Shown here in pieces: positions 40,901 to 53,893 of a DNA stretch of 64,000 nucleotides (position 1 is the first letter of the stretch; every line of letters starts with the position of its first letter). The stretch is from Octopus vulgaris (taxonomy: Eukaryota). Position numbers and translations under genes: made by a program. The notes under the pieces were generated by a model. That model saw only the letters and a program-made list of their open reading frames with translations, did not search any database and was not told the origin of the DNA. The stretch spans positions 56,792,001 through 56,856,000 of the forward strand of contig OX597831.1 of NCBI GenBank assembly GCA_951406725.2. Reading direction: 5' to 3'.

Positions 40901-43900
40901 CTCACACCTACCCTACAATGTGATTCTACATTAAGTAATTACACCATCAAGCTCTTGAAGATATGAGATAATACATGATTAATTCAAATCAATGGGAATC
41001 AATAAGCATTATGTTTGATAGAATAATCTGAACACTAAAGGGTTAAGCAATCAAGTTCTGGTATCAGTTTGTTCAACTAAACCTTTCAAGGTTGTGCCCC
41101 AGCATGGCCACAGCCCAATGACTGAAACAAATAGAAGATGAAAAGTAAAAAAATATTCAGTAAGTTCTGTAGAAACAAAGCTGGTGATGGGACATGCCAA
41201 CCTGCAGTTATGCCCCTTTGAGTCTATGTATTGTTTGTTAAAAGATTTTAATAATCCAGATTGTTAAAAAATTTAGTCTCATTTAGTAAATTAATATTGG
41301 TTTCAAATTTTGGCACAAAGCCTGCAATTTTGAGAGAGAGGGTAAGTCAGTTATATCACCCCTAGTTGTCAACTGGTACTTATTTTATTAACTGTGAAAG
41401 GATGAAAGGCTAAGTCAATCCTTGTGGTATTTGAACTGAATGTAAAGTAAGCCGAAATGCTGCTAAGCAGTAAGAAAACATACTGCTGAGCATTTTTCTG
41501 TGTAGTAACAATTCTGCCAGTTTGCTGCTTTAGAAAATTAATTAATACGAGCAGGACCTGTGAATATTTCGCGGAATTAATAGTAAACCTATTGGAGTAT
41601 TTCTGAGAACTTTTTCCAAAAAACCTGGAAGCGTAGCTTATGTTGTGTCTGTATGGAAAGACAGTCACTCATCTGCTACTCATTGAAAAATGAGAGCAAC
41701 TGGAATACAATGATTACTTAATGTGCTTTATATGTACACTTTACATACTCTATGCACAATTTTATAGATTTAATATAAAGCACTCATAAAGTAGATATTC
41801 ACTTTTATTTTTCCCTTTTTCGCAAAAGCAAAAAAATTCCCATACATATGATGCAACCTTTAGTTAAATTGTATATATCTGCCACATGAATAAGTGTGAA
41901 TATTTCACAGAGTTGCACTTATGCACATGCATTAAGTGATAGATGATATAAAAATCTTAGTTCATTTAGAAAAAAAATACACTTTTCATTATCCAATCAC
42001 CACCACCACCATCAGACTTGTGCCTTGGAGGGGACTGAAGGAGGTCGTTATTCTTTATTCTTTTAAACATTCATGCTAGGAAAATATATATAAAAAAAGA
42101 AATATAAAAAATTTCCATAGTGTAACATTTATCCTAGTAATATTCTGTAAACTAACTTCCTCTAGGATTTCTTATTTAATTTTAATTGATTAAAATGAAA
42201 TATGGAATGCTGTTAACTCCTTTATTTGTTTTAACTGGAGTTAGTCTTGTACATAAGGATTTGTTCTTATTGTTAATTTAAGAGTTCTTAGCTCATTAAT
42301 TCATTGTTAGAGCATCAGACAATGCTTTGCAGTATTTGTTCTGACTCTACACTCTGAGTTCAAATCTCACCAAGGTCAAATCTGCCTTCCATCCTTTTGG
42401 GGTCAATTAAAAATTACTAATCCTAGGCAGTGAGGTGGCAGTGTAGATGCTAATCCGAGGCATCAGAGTAGCACTTTGTGTTTTGAGTTCAAATCCTGCC
42501 ACAGGTTGTAGACTTAGTTGCCTAGTTTAACACCACTATCTGGTACCTGAAGTACCTGTAGCAGTGACTACTCTATTGCAATCGCTTGGGCTAAATTTCC
42601 CTGGTTTGAGGATACCTAAACCAATCTAAGAAGCCCTGTAATGGGTCATGGGCACTGCCTTCCCTCCTGATAGAAAATAAAAGAAAGAAACTTCAAATGT
42701 GCTAGTGTCTACATTTATTGTTTTGGGGCTCAGCAGTTATTTTCACTTAACCTTTTATAAATTAATAGGAAAACAAAAATAATTCTTAAGAGATCGTGTT
42801 TTAACTTCTGGGTCAACAAGAACAAGGTAGATAAATCATAGAATTACTTAACTTTGAATTATTTGAAAGAAAACTTAAAGGAAACTTTTAGAAATTTATC
42901 AAAACAATAACTGAAATAAAAGATTAAATCCCTATGCTAAATTATTGTGAAAAATAATTTCTGATGAATGATATTTTGTAATTATATATTTATCAAAATT
43001 GATGTAATTATCTCTCTATAACTTTGCTTTTTAAAATATTTTCTTGGTAATTGTGTGATGTGAACTTTTCTGTAAAATATTGTGTGATGTGAACTTTTCT
43101 GGAAAATATGTGAAAGGAAATTAAAGGGGTGATTGTTTCTCAATGAAAACACAAATATAAAAGAAAAGTAAAAGAACAGAAGAAAAAGAAAATCAATTAA
43201 TATTGTCTTGTTAAATTTAACTTGGGCAGTGGACTGGTAGAATTATTAGCATCTCTTTGCAGCATTTCTTCTGACACATTACATTTTGAGTTCAAATTCC
43301 ATTGAGGTTGACTTTGTCTTTCATCCTTTCAGGGTAAATAAATTAAGTACCAGTCAAATATTGGAGTCAATGAAATCAACTAGCCTCCTCAGAAAATTTC
43401 AGGCTTTGTGCCTATAATAGAGAGGATTATTAAATCCAACTAAGAAGCTCATTAAAGATTACTGGTTATATATATATGATGGGCTTCTGTATAGTTTCTG
43501 TATGTAAAATTCTGATTGTATTTAGTTTGAGAAGATCAAATCATATGTGTTTGTGATGTTTGTTAAAGTGGTAAAAAATTTTTTTTGATATAGATGTTTG
43601 TATTATTTATAAAAAAGATGGTTGCATAAAAAAATGCCAATCACTTAAAGTGAAGGGAAGTTGTGGAAGAGGATAACCCAAGAAGACATGGGACAAAGTA
43701 TTGAAGGCTGATTTCAAAATGCTGGACTGAGATATGTGGTGCATTGCTGTTACCTAGGAAGACCCACTCACCACAGCAGAATTGAGATCTTAAAACCAAG
43801 GTGTCCTGTAAAAAGCATTGGTGTGTGTGCTGGTGCCTCATAAAAAGCACTGATACTGTTGCCATGTAAAACACACTAGTCATGGTGCCACATAAAATGC

Positions 43901-46372
43901 ACTGGTGCTGGTGCCACATAAAAAGCACCCAGTACAGTCTGTAAAATGGTTGGCATTAGGAAGAAGATCCAGCCATAGAAATCTATCCAAAACAGACTAT
44001 GGAACCTGGTGCATCCCCTGGCCATGCCATTTCCTGTCAAGACAGCCAACACATGCTAGCATGGAAAATGGATGTTAAAAGTTGATGATGATGATAAAAA
44101 TGTATACTAAGTAGGAGCAGTGAATATAAAGAAAACATTTATCCTTATTTCCTTTTCCACTTCGAGACTAAAATGACATCTCAATTTTTTAATTCATATC
44201 TTCTCTAGCTATATTCCTCATTAACCTGTTACAGTTATTCTAAGACAGTATATTTGATTTTGTCTTATAGCCAATCCTGAGGGGGTTGGAAACGGATGGA
44301 ATCACTTCGTAAAGCCATTTACAGAGAGTTTCCTGAAGCCAGAGTAATGGATACTGTTAGCAAGAAACGTGGTATGATATATTTTTTTCATTCTGTCATG
44401 CAACACAAATATTTTGTAACTAAAATACTGAAAAAATTTATTGTTTTTCTTTCATTAGAATTGTGGGTTTTTCAATGTAATATTTTTCTTGTACATTTAT
44501 TTAACTTTACTGGAATCAAAATTGTTTTCAAAGGTTTTCTTAAATTATTACCTAATAATATTTATTAAGAAAGCTCTTTGATTCAATATATTATGTGTAA
44601 ACATCTTTAATTGGAATTCTTTAAATTTTAGGTGCCTTTGAAATTAGTATCAATGGAAAATTGGTTTTCTCTCATCTTGAGAGTTGTTGTTACCCCGAAT
44701 CTGAAACGGTCAGTATTTCTCATTTCATTTAGACTTTTATTATATCTGGTTTTGAGTATAATAATTTTTTTACTGTTAGACATGGATGAAACAACTCACC
44801 TCTGAAGGTAACAAAGGGCTTCTCCCTCAGAATGAAAGGCAGATGGTATGTTGCCTGTGGGCTATGACCACAGAGGATATGCGAAGGCTTGAAAGAAATG
44901 AAGCTAGTATGCTTTGCTAGATGTGCAATGTCAGTGTGCATGAGTGACAAAGCATATGTGTCTTGAGGGAAAAACTGGATGTAAGAGGCATCAGATGTGG
45001 TGTACAAGAGAGACAAATGCATTGGTATGGTCACGTGATGTGTATGGATGAGAACAGCATGCACGCACACACATGCACACACACATGTATACACATTCAG
45101 TTTCTGTTTACCAAACTCGGGCTTTGGTTTGTCTGGGGCTATAATGGAAGAACGTACCCAAGATGTTGTACAGTGGGACTGAACCTGAGACCACATGAAT
45201 GGGAAGTAAGCTTCTAAACCACACAACCACTTCTGCACCTATAAAACCTATAAAATTAATTGCACATTTTAATAAATAAGACTTCTATGTAGATACAAGA
45301 TATAGACAATTTATCTTGACATGAAGATAATCTTTGAACTGTTAAAAAGAAATATTCCCACCTGCAAATGAACTGTATTGTTTAAAATGAAAAATGTCCA
45401 TATTTGATGCTCCATATTTTCTGGTTAATTTCCATTTTAGAAGAATTGGTAAGAGAAATTATTTCTAAAATCTGTTAACAATGCTGATGTTACTGAGGAT
45501 TTTATTCATGTCGAGTTTCACCAGAGTTTACACTGGATCTGTTTGTTATATTTTCTGACTTCTTTGGAGAATTTAGCCTCAGTACTCAAAGCTGATATAA
45601 TTTGCTAATTATAAATTACTTGTGTTGCTTATGATAGTGAGCTAGTCCATTAAAACATAAGTACCTTTGTTATTCATGCAATGAAATACCAATGTCAACA
45701 TCTAAGTTGTGGATTTGTGAGTTGGTATCTTAGTGACTCACTCAATCAGATGTAGCCTTATTGAAGTACCAATTAAAAGAATTCTTAATATGCTATGATA
45801 ATGTAAGGTGGTGAGATGGCAGAATTGTTTGCATGCTTAAGGCGGCGAGCTGGCAGAAACGTTAGCACGCTGGGCGAAATGCTAAGCGGTATTTCATCTG
45901 AGTTCAAATTTCGCTGAGGTCGACTTTGCCTTTCATCCTTTCGGGGTCGATAAAATTAAATACCAGTTATGCACTGGGATCGATGTAATCGACTTAATCT
46001 GTTTGTCTGTCCTTGTTTGTCCCCTCTATGTTTAGCCCCTTGTGGGCTGTAAAGAAATAAGAATTGTTTGTATGCTTAGTAGCATTTCTTCTGTCTTTAT
46101 CTTCTTTGTTAAAATTCTACCAGGGTCAATTTCGCCTTTCATTCTTCAAGGTTGATAAAATAAGAACCAGTTGAGGAATGGGGTTGATATAAGTACCTCC
46201 AAAATTGCTGGCCTTGTACTAAAATTTCAGTATTTAAACTTTTAATTATTTTAATTTCTGTATTAGCATTTACATTCTTTTTTAATAGGTTGTGGCTCTG
46301 TTACATGATGTGCAAGATGGCAAGAAACCCCCTGTAGTTGAGCGATCTAATTCCAGGTGCACAATTCTATAA
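37733..46372 (+). CDS. MIEN1: Paralog B: MIEN1/Rdx12-like selenoprotein, 157 aa, join(37733..37944,44271..44371,44632..44708,46289..46372); Sec TGA at 44278..44280
   Basis: MSEHRSSCSTFDG(TEKSSVSQ-like x6)KHLRVEIEYCQSUGGWKRMESLRKAIYREFPEARVMDTVSKKRGAFEISINGKLVFSHLESCCYPESETVVALLHDVQDGKKPPVVERSNSRCTIL*. GT..AG introns; exons 2-4 have the same lengths as in A (101/77/84). Confidence 0.92.
37772..37915 (+). repeat. Coding 24-bp tandem repeat, 6 units (TEKSSVSQ-like)
   Basis: acagaaaaatcttctgtgtcacaa units, in frame. Confidence 0.95.
38180..39290 (+). mobile_element. RTE-clade LINE 3' fragment
   Basis: GFRVNLAKTKVL..., same family as 17880, with (GAT)n tail. Confidence 0.82.
39884..40300. mobile_element. 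Inverted pair of Penelope-like terminal repeats
   Basis: 39884..40020 is the reverse complement of ~40128..40275; contains ctgatga...gaaa. Confidence 0.6.
40820..41046. mobile_element. piggyBac-type MITE copy inside a SINE
   Basis: TTAA|CCCTTTAG...CTAAAGGG|TTAA. Confidence 0.85.
44271..44371 (+). CDS. MIEN1: Paralog B exon 2 (Sec exon, (C)QSUGGWKRMESLRKAIYREFPEARVMDTVSKKR)
   Basis: tcttatAG|C CAA TCC TGA GGG ... G|GTATG; 101 nt. Confidence 0.92.
44632..44708 (+). CDS. MIEN1: Paralog B exon 3 (GAFEISINGKLVFSHLESCCYPESET)
   Basis: ttttAG|GT GCC TTT GAA ... ACG|GTCAGT. Closely matches human MIEN1 GAFEIEINGQLVFSKLE. Confidence 0.93.
45805..46220 (+). mobile_element. Nested Meta-domain-like SINEs
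   Basis: ggcggcgagctggcagaaacgttagcac...gcctttcatcctttcggggtcgataaa. Reverse copy at ~63010..63220. Confidence 0.7.
46289..46372 (+). CDS. MIEN1: Paralog B exon 4 (VVALLHDVQDGKKPPVVERSNSRCTIL*), CaaX
   Basis: tttaatAG acceptor; ends TGC ACA ATT CTA TAA. Confidence 0.9.
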   Translation, partial: VVALLHDVQDGKKPPVVERSNSRCTIL

Positions 46373-46539
46373 TTCTGATTTGTTTACTAGAAACTGCTGC
46401 AATTATGTTACACTTTAAACTCTGAGATTAAATTTGATTCTTTCTTCCGAAACTAATATACTAAATTAATATATGCTAGAGGTCTTGACTATCGTACTTC
46501 TTTCTAAATTCTCATGGTACAAACACACATATAATGTAA

Positions 46540-46914
46540 GTATATATATATATAGGTGTGTGTATGTATATATAGGTGTGTGTATGTATATATAGGTGTG
46601 TGTGGGTATATATAGGTGTGAGTGTGTATGTATATATAGGTGTGTGTGTGTGTATATATTTAGGTGTGTGTGTGTGTATGTATAGGTGTGAGTGTGTGTG
46701 TATGTATAGGTGTGTGAGTGTGTGTGTGTGTACGTATAGGTCTGTGAGTGTGTGTATGTATAGGTCTGAGTGTGTGTATGTATAGGTCTGTGAGTGTGTG
46801 TACGTATGTGTGTGAGTGTGTGTACGTATAGGTGTGTGAGTGGGTGTATGTATCTAGGTGTGTGAGTGTGGGTGTATGTATATATGTGTGTATATGTATG
46901 TATGTATATATATA

Positions 46915-46945
<31 letters not shown>

Positions 46946-47581
46946 GCATGTATGTATGTATGAAAAGATGTGAGAGAAAGAAATTAGAATTCACAAGACG
47001 CTTTATTCAGAATCACTACAATCATTTTGACCGATCATGCACTGGTTACCTTCTATTCTGATCACATGTATATTCTAAGTTTTTACTTAATTGTGTCTTC
47101 TTATTGATGTATTACATTTTATCTGATTTTATTTTATTAGTTTTGTTTGGTTCCTTATTCTTTTATACTTGTATGAGAAGGGTTCTGTCATTATATCTCA
47201 GTTCCTTATGGAGATGGCGAGTATGCCACAGTAATGAAAATTTATTGTTATCAACACGAATGAAACAGCAAGTAAAAAAATGAGGCACTTTTTGAAAAGA
47301 AACCTGAGGAGATGCACCTATACCAGTGATACAGAATCTCACCTGTAAGGTTCCAGTGTATGATTGATCAAAATGGTTGTAGTGGTCCTGAATAAAGAAT
47401 CCCATAAGTTCCATTTTCTGTTTCACACATATTTTTAATATATAGTCTATGGAAACAAAGGAATTCCTAAAGTAAATCCAATGAAATATACCTCCATACT
47501 GTTGTTGACATCAGGTAGCCAGATAATGTGGACAGGCTTTAAACAGCATGCAACAAGGTGTATACCCAAATGTAAAATAAT

Positions 47582-47624
<43 letters not shown>

Positions 47625-47830
47625 TATATCTATATGTGAGTGTGTTTATGTGTGTATGTTATAAACTGTACGAGATGTGCATGTATTTGTATGTATTCCT
47701 ATATATATATGTGTGTGTGTGTGAGTGTGTATGTGTATGTATATATATCCTTATGTATGTATGTATTTATGTATATATATATATGGTATGTATTCTATAT
47801 GTATATATATATTATACACACACACATGTG

Positions 47831-47861
<31 letters not shown>

Positions 47862-48271
47862 ATGTATGTATATATACATACTTATATACATGTATATATT
47901 ATATGTATGTATGTATATATATATATATATATATACATACTTATATACATGTATATATTATATGCATGTATATATTATATATATATATATATATACTTAT
48001 ATACATATATGTATTATATGTATGTATGTATATATATATATATATACTTATAAACATATGTATTATATGTATGTATATATATATATATATACTTATAAAC
48101 ATATACGTATTATATGTATGTATATATGATATATATACATGTGTGATATATATACATGTATATGTATATATATGTGTGTGTGCATGTGTATCTTATTTAT
48201 ATATATATATGTGTGTGTGTGTATTTTATTTATATATATATCTATTTGTGTGTTTTATATATGTGTGTGTG

Positions 48272-48318
<47 letters not shown>
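46540..48318. repeat. Microsatellite tracts plus inverted-repeat element (46969..47429) in the paralog B 3' UTR
   Basis: (TG/TA)n at 46540..46960 and 47585..48318; inverted arms 46969..47052 and 47347..47429. Confidence 0.8.
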
Positions 48319-48319
<1 letters not shown>

Positions 48320-48819
48320 GATGGGTAGGTGCCATCTTTAGTTCCATGTAACTACCAGTATGTTTACTAAAATTGTCAATGTTGGAACTTTAAGAAATCC
48401 TTCAAGTTCAGACGGAGACCATGAATTTTTATTGCATTCAACATGCTGTTTTTCACTGCTGACCATAGAAATATGTAACATTTTGAATTATAGGATATAT
48501 TTACATGATCAGGTATTAACTGACTTTTTTTCTATATTCTATATTTTTTTACCTTGTTCTTTTCTTTCTTCATTCTCCTTTGCCTTCCTCCCTTCCAATG
48601 CTTTCTAGGCTTCTGTTTCAATCACTCCCCACTTTCTATGCTTCTGCTATCTGTCTCACTGGTTTATTTTTTCTAGATTTTTCTCTTGTTTACCAAGGGA
48701 CTAAAAAATGATAGTCAAGACTATATTTTAAATTTTATATTTTTACTTATAAAATTCTGTGTAACAGTTGTTAAACTAAAAATCTTGTTCACTGTTTTGT
48801 TTTAAACTTTTCATTTAGT

Positions 48820-48909
48820 TTTCTTACTAGTTATTTCTCGCTATGAAGATGCTGGTTTAAACCTGTTCGACTAGTGTTGGATAAATTCTGAGGAGTAACC
48901 AGTAAGAAA
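48820..48909 (+). promoter_or_regulatory. SECIS element of paralog B
   Basis: ATGA at 48843; helix II gatgctggtt/gactagtgtt fully paired with G-U; apical AAA; GGAT; helix I ttcttactagttatttctc/gaggagtaaccagtaagaa. Confidence 0.87.
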
Positions 48910-49096
48910 CTTGACTGAAAAATGAATTATATGGAGATTAAATTTAAAAATTAAATTACTGTAATGTGTCTGTGTTTTTTTTTCTGAATCGTATAGTTTT
49001 GTGACTTCTTATTTTACTTCTAATTTTCATATTATACATCAATTATTCAATATTATCATGGATAGGATGGGTGTGCAGTTTTCATGTTTCTATTTC

Positions 49097-49555
49097 ATCA
49101 GTTATTTTCATAAAACATTTTTATTAAACATTTTCGTCAAATATTTTCATCAGACATTTTCGTCAAACATTTTCATCAGACATTTTCGTCAAACATTTTC
49201 GTCAAACATTTTCATCAAACATTTTCGCCAGACATTTTCATCAAACATTTTTATGAGATATTTTCATAAAACATTTTTATGAGATATTTTCATAAAACAT
49301 TTTTATGAAACATTTTCGTCAAACATTTTTATCAAATATTTTCATCAAACATTTTCATCAAACATCTTCGTCAAACATTTTCATCCGACATTTTCATCAA
49401 ACATTTTTATGAAATATTTTCATCAAACATTTTCATCAGACATTTTCATCAAACATTGTCATCAAACATTTTCTTCAAGCATTTTCATCAGACGTTTTCT
49501 TCAAACATTTGCATCAAACATTTTCATCGAACATTTCCAACAGATATTTTCATCT
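49097..49555. repeat. 13-bp minisatellite (aaacattttcatc)n
   Basis: Tandem degenerate units between two direct copies of a ~140-bp segment. Confidence 0.9.
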
Positions 49556-49756
49556 TTTTAAAAATTAAATTACTATAATGCGTCTGTTTTTTTTTTTCTG
49601 AATCATAATAGTTTTAAGACTTCTTATTCTACTTTTAATTTTCATATTATACATCAATTATTCAATATTATCATGTGCAGTTTTCATGTTTCTATTTGTA
49701 GAAGTTGTTACATTTAACATCAAAAACATACAACTGTTTTTGGCATGAGGATTAGC

Positions 49757-51195
49757 ATAAACGTCGACATCCTCATAGTTGTTAAGTGTAAAGCAGAATC
49801 TGGTGTATCGTGGATGGTGAGGCATCTTGACAGTAGGAGTAAACCAGAATTCACTCTATATATACACAGAAAGCAGCAGGCACATAAAAATCTATTTTTC
49901 TGTAAAATTTTCGGTGAAAATTGTTGAAAAATTTTTGGGTAAAATATGCTGAAGTCTATAAACGTCGACATCATTTTCGGTGAAAATTTTCCGGAAATTT
50001 TTGGGATAATTTTCGGAAAATTTTTTGTGAAAGTTTTCGAAAAATATTTGGGTAAAATTTTTGGTGAAAATTTTCGAAAAATTTTGGTGGAAAATTTTCG
50101 TCAAAAATTTAAAAAAAAAATTTTCGACATCATTTTCGGTGAAAATTTTTGGGAAAAATATTTGGTGAAAATTTTCGAAAAATTTTTGGGTAAAATTATC
50201 GGTGAAAATTTTTTGGTGAAAATATTCGAAAAATTTTTGGGTAAAATTTTCAGTGGTAATTTTCGGAAAATTTTTTGTGAAAGTTTTCGAAAAATATTTG
50301 GGTAAAATTTTCGAAAAATTTTGGTGGAAAACTTTTGGTGAAAATTTTTGGGTAAAATTATCGGTGAAAATTTTTGGGTAAAATTATCGGTGAAAATTTT
50401 CGAAAATTTTTTGGTGAAAATATACGAAAAATTTTTGGGGAAAAGTTTTGGCAAAAATTTTCAAAAAATTTTTGGGTAAAATTTTCGGTTAAAATTTTCG
50501 AAAAACCATATAATGAATATGCTCCATATGCTGAAGTCTATAAACGTCGACATCCTCATAGTTGTTAAGTGTAAAGCAGAATCTGGTGTATCGTGGATGG
50601 TGAGGCATCTTGACAGTAGGAGTAAACCAGAATTCACTTTATATATACACAGAAAGCAGCAGGCACATAAAAATAGACTTTTAGCAATAACATAAATCTA
50701 TTTTTGGGTAAAATTTTCGAAAAATTTTTGGGTGAAATTTTCGACGAAAATTTTCGAAAAATTTTTGGGTGAAATTTTCGATGAAAATTTTCGAAAAATT
50801 TTCGGGGAAAAGTATTGGCAAAAATTTTCAAAAAATTTTTGGGTAAAATTTTCGAAAGACCATGTCGAATATGCTGATGTCTATAAACGTCGACATCGTC
50901 ATAGTTGTTAAGTTTAAAGCAGAATCTGGTGTATCGTGGATGGTGAGGCATCTTGACAGTAGTAGTAAACCAGAATTCACTCTATATATACACACAAAGC
51001 AGCCACATAAAAATCTATTTTTAGCAATAACATAAATCTATTTTTGGGTAAAATTTTCGGTGAACATTTCCGAAAAATTTTTGGGGAAAATTTTCGGTGA
51101 ACATTTTCGAAAAAGTTTTTGTGAAAATTTTCGTAAACTTTTTGGGTAAAATCTTCGAAAAACTTTTGGGTAAAATTTTCGAAAAATTTGTGGGT
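49757..51195. repeat. Composite satellite: three ~135-bp units separated by A/T-tract repeats (aaaattttcgaaaaatttttgggt)
   Basis: Units at ~49757, ~50540 and ~50883. Confidence 0.9.
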
Positions 51196-53893
51196 AATAG
51201 TAAACAACAACAAGAATTAAATCATGACAATTTGCTACAAGCTTATCAATACACTCTGACACTTACTATATTTTCAACCATACAAGTAAAATTTTCTGAC
51301 CATAACTTGCAACCAAAAACAGAAAGTAGACCTATGACTTTGAAGGACGAAAATTCCTGTGTGAAATGCAACAGGATTTGGAAAGATGATAATGTTTGAC
51401 TGTTTACACTGTATATTATATCAACTTAGAACATATGGTAACTCTTACTCTTCTCTTCATGTGCCATACATACAGGTATTGGTGATCACAGAACTCTTTT
51501 CTCTGTTCAATGCTTTCTCTTCTAATATCATGTTCAATGAACTTGGACTGTTGCATCATGTTAAAAAGATTTTTTGTTCAGCTATGAGCTTCAGCATTTG
51601 TTAACACTATCTATATAGGATAGCTATAAGAAGCTATAACTCTGTAGTATTGCTAAGATTTTGCACTTGGTTGTTTATATAAGGATGATTTTTATGTATA
51701 CCCTTACGACTCTTTTCCTCAGTTTTATTAATAGATATTTATTTGACAATATATGAGATCTCACAAAAAACAACCTTGGCCAGCCCAATCCTTTACACAA
51801 TTTTTTTAAATATTTTTCCTGTCTGGTGTAATGATGAGTTCCAAATCTTCAACTCTTTGGTACAGCTTCCTTCACCAAATTGTTTTAAAATTATCTAAAA
51901 ACCTTTCATCAGAATTTCATATCAATTTGTGTCCAAACATGAGCTTACTAACGACAAAATTGTTTTACTAAATTCTCTATTATTTTCAAATAAATTGAAA
52001 CAAAAGCAGCATATTTAGCAGAGATATGGTAACAGAAAGGTTAAAGCTGTCAACTTGTTTCAAGATTGCTTTACTAAGTTTCATGTTTTAAATTGGTGAT
52101 ACTTTGACATTTATCATTGTCTTTGTTTTGCTTTCATTAACAGCTGTAACAAATATTTCTAAATATTTCACTGACCTTGCTATGAGGACTGCATCATCTG
52201 TATAACAGATATTGCTCCTTTTCTTTTCGTATCTGTGTACTTTTTTGTAATGGCTTATTGAAGACGTAGTAGTAGAACTCATGACCACACAGATCTATGA
52301 GATTAGTACAGTTGATGTTTGTAATAGGTAAAAAAAAAAGGATTGGAAATAGTAATTCATGTGTGCATACATGTTGAAGTGGCATGCAACGAGCTACCTC
52401 AGAGGAGAAGAGATCATTGTAACAGTGATGGAAGAGGTACAATGATAAGACAGTGTGTCTGAGAGCCATAGATAATATGTTGAATAGCTTTCTTTTGGAT
52501 AAAGTTAGGATATTTGAGCTTATAGCAGCAGCAGCCGCCCAAGAATTTGGACCTGGAGATCTCCATTTCCAGCGACTTCGAGGGCCACCTCCCAGTGGTG
52601 TTGGGCTTCAAAGATGAGCCCTCGACTACAACAAGACGACCAAATTTTTTTTTCCAAGGTCTGGGGTCTCCCGCTTCTAAGTCCTAGACCATCACCTAAT
52701 CACCCTTACCCGTCTTGTTGCTTAACAACAACAACAGCAGCAGCAGCAGCAGTATCTCAGATGTTGGAACAGGATTATATTGTAGGTCGTATTTGAATTT
52801 TGTAGAGAATAAATAGGTGCTCAGAGATGGAACTATATTCTATCACTGAAAAGGAAAAGCTAGTCTTTCAGGCAGAAATTTTGCTGTACTGGGACAACCA
52901 AGAAAGATCAGATCATCAGAAGCAGTGAGAGTCAACATGATAACATTTGATTCATTGATTAAGTTACTCCTTGATTGTATGCTGTCCAAGTATAGAAAGG
53001 CTGGAGGATAAGATTAATCAACATGAGCATCTTTGTACTGTTGAATGAAACAAGATTGCCATAAATTGACTGAAAAATATCTTGCTCATAGAAGCAACAC
53101 AGGCTTGATCTCACATATCTAGGCTGGATATGGATGACATGTGTACAAGGTTAGAAGGCAGTGAAGAGTAAGAAAATCAGCAAAGGAGTGAGTATTATTA
53201 AAGGCTATAGTAAGCTGTTTATGTTTATTTTTTTCATCATTTTTTTTCTCCTGATATTTATATGAATAGGTGCTGGAATGACTGTGTATTTAACAAGCTT
53301 GCTTGTCAACCTTGTGTGGGTCAGAGGGAGCCCTATTTGTTGAATGGTGTATACAATGATGACTGAAGAGGATTTGCTTTCTAAAGTTAACTAGTGAATA
53401 CAAAGAGCATGTTTATATGTTATTAAACCTCTTCAGTGAAAAATATTCCAATTAGTTAAATCATATTGATTTGGAAAGTATTAACATTACTGTGATAATG
53501 TACCTAGGAATACACACAAATGTCTCTTATTTCAATCTTTTCATGTCAGACAAGCAGCTAAGAAATTTAGAAAAAAAATAATTTAGAGTTGTGACAACCA
53601 ATACTAAAAGAAAGTACTGGAACCAAAATACTAAAAATGGCTGCAACTGGGAATAAAAACTGGGTCATGGACTCTGTGACTCTCTGCGAAGCAAACTTTT
53701 CAATTCTATGGCTCTGGTATTCTACTTACAAATGTATCTTACTCATGTCAACAATGATAAATGAATGTATGATATGATGATGAAAAGTTTAAAACAAGAA
53801 ATTGTTTAGAGAAATAAAAGAAATAACGACCAGACACAATATAATACTTTTTAAATTTTATTTTCAAATAAATAATTTTCTGTTGAGTTTTTC

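Noticed and set aside
44296-44568. ORF starting MESLRKAIY as a standalone gene
   Set aside because: It is the post-UGA part of paralog B exon 2 running into the intron.
49757-51195. Repeat-spacer pattern resembling a CRISPR array
   Set aside because: Eukaryotic context, units ~135 bp, spacers are themselves low-complexity repeats, and no cas genes are present.
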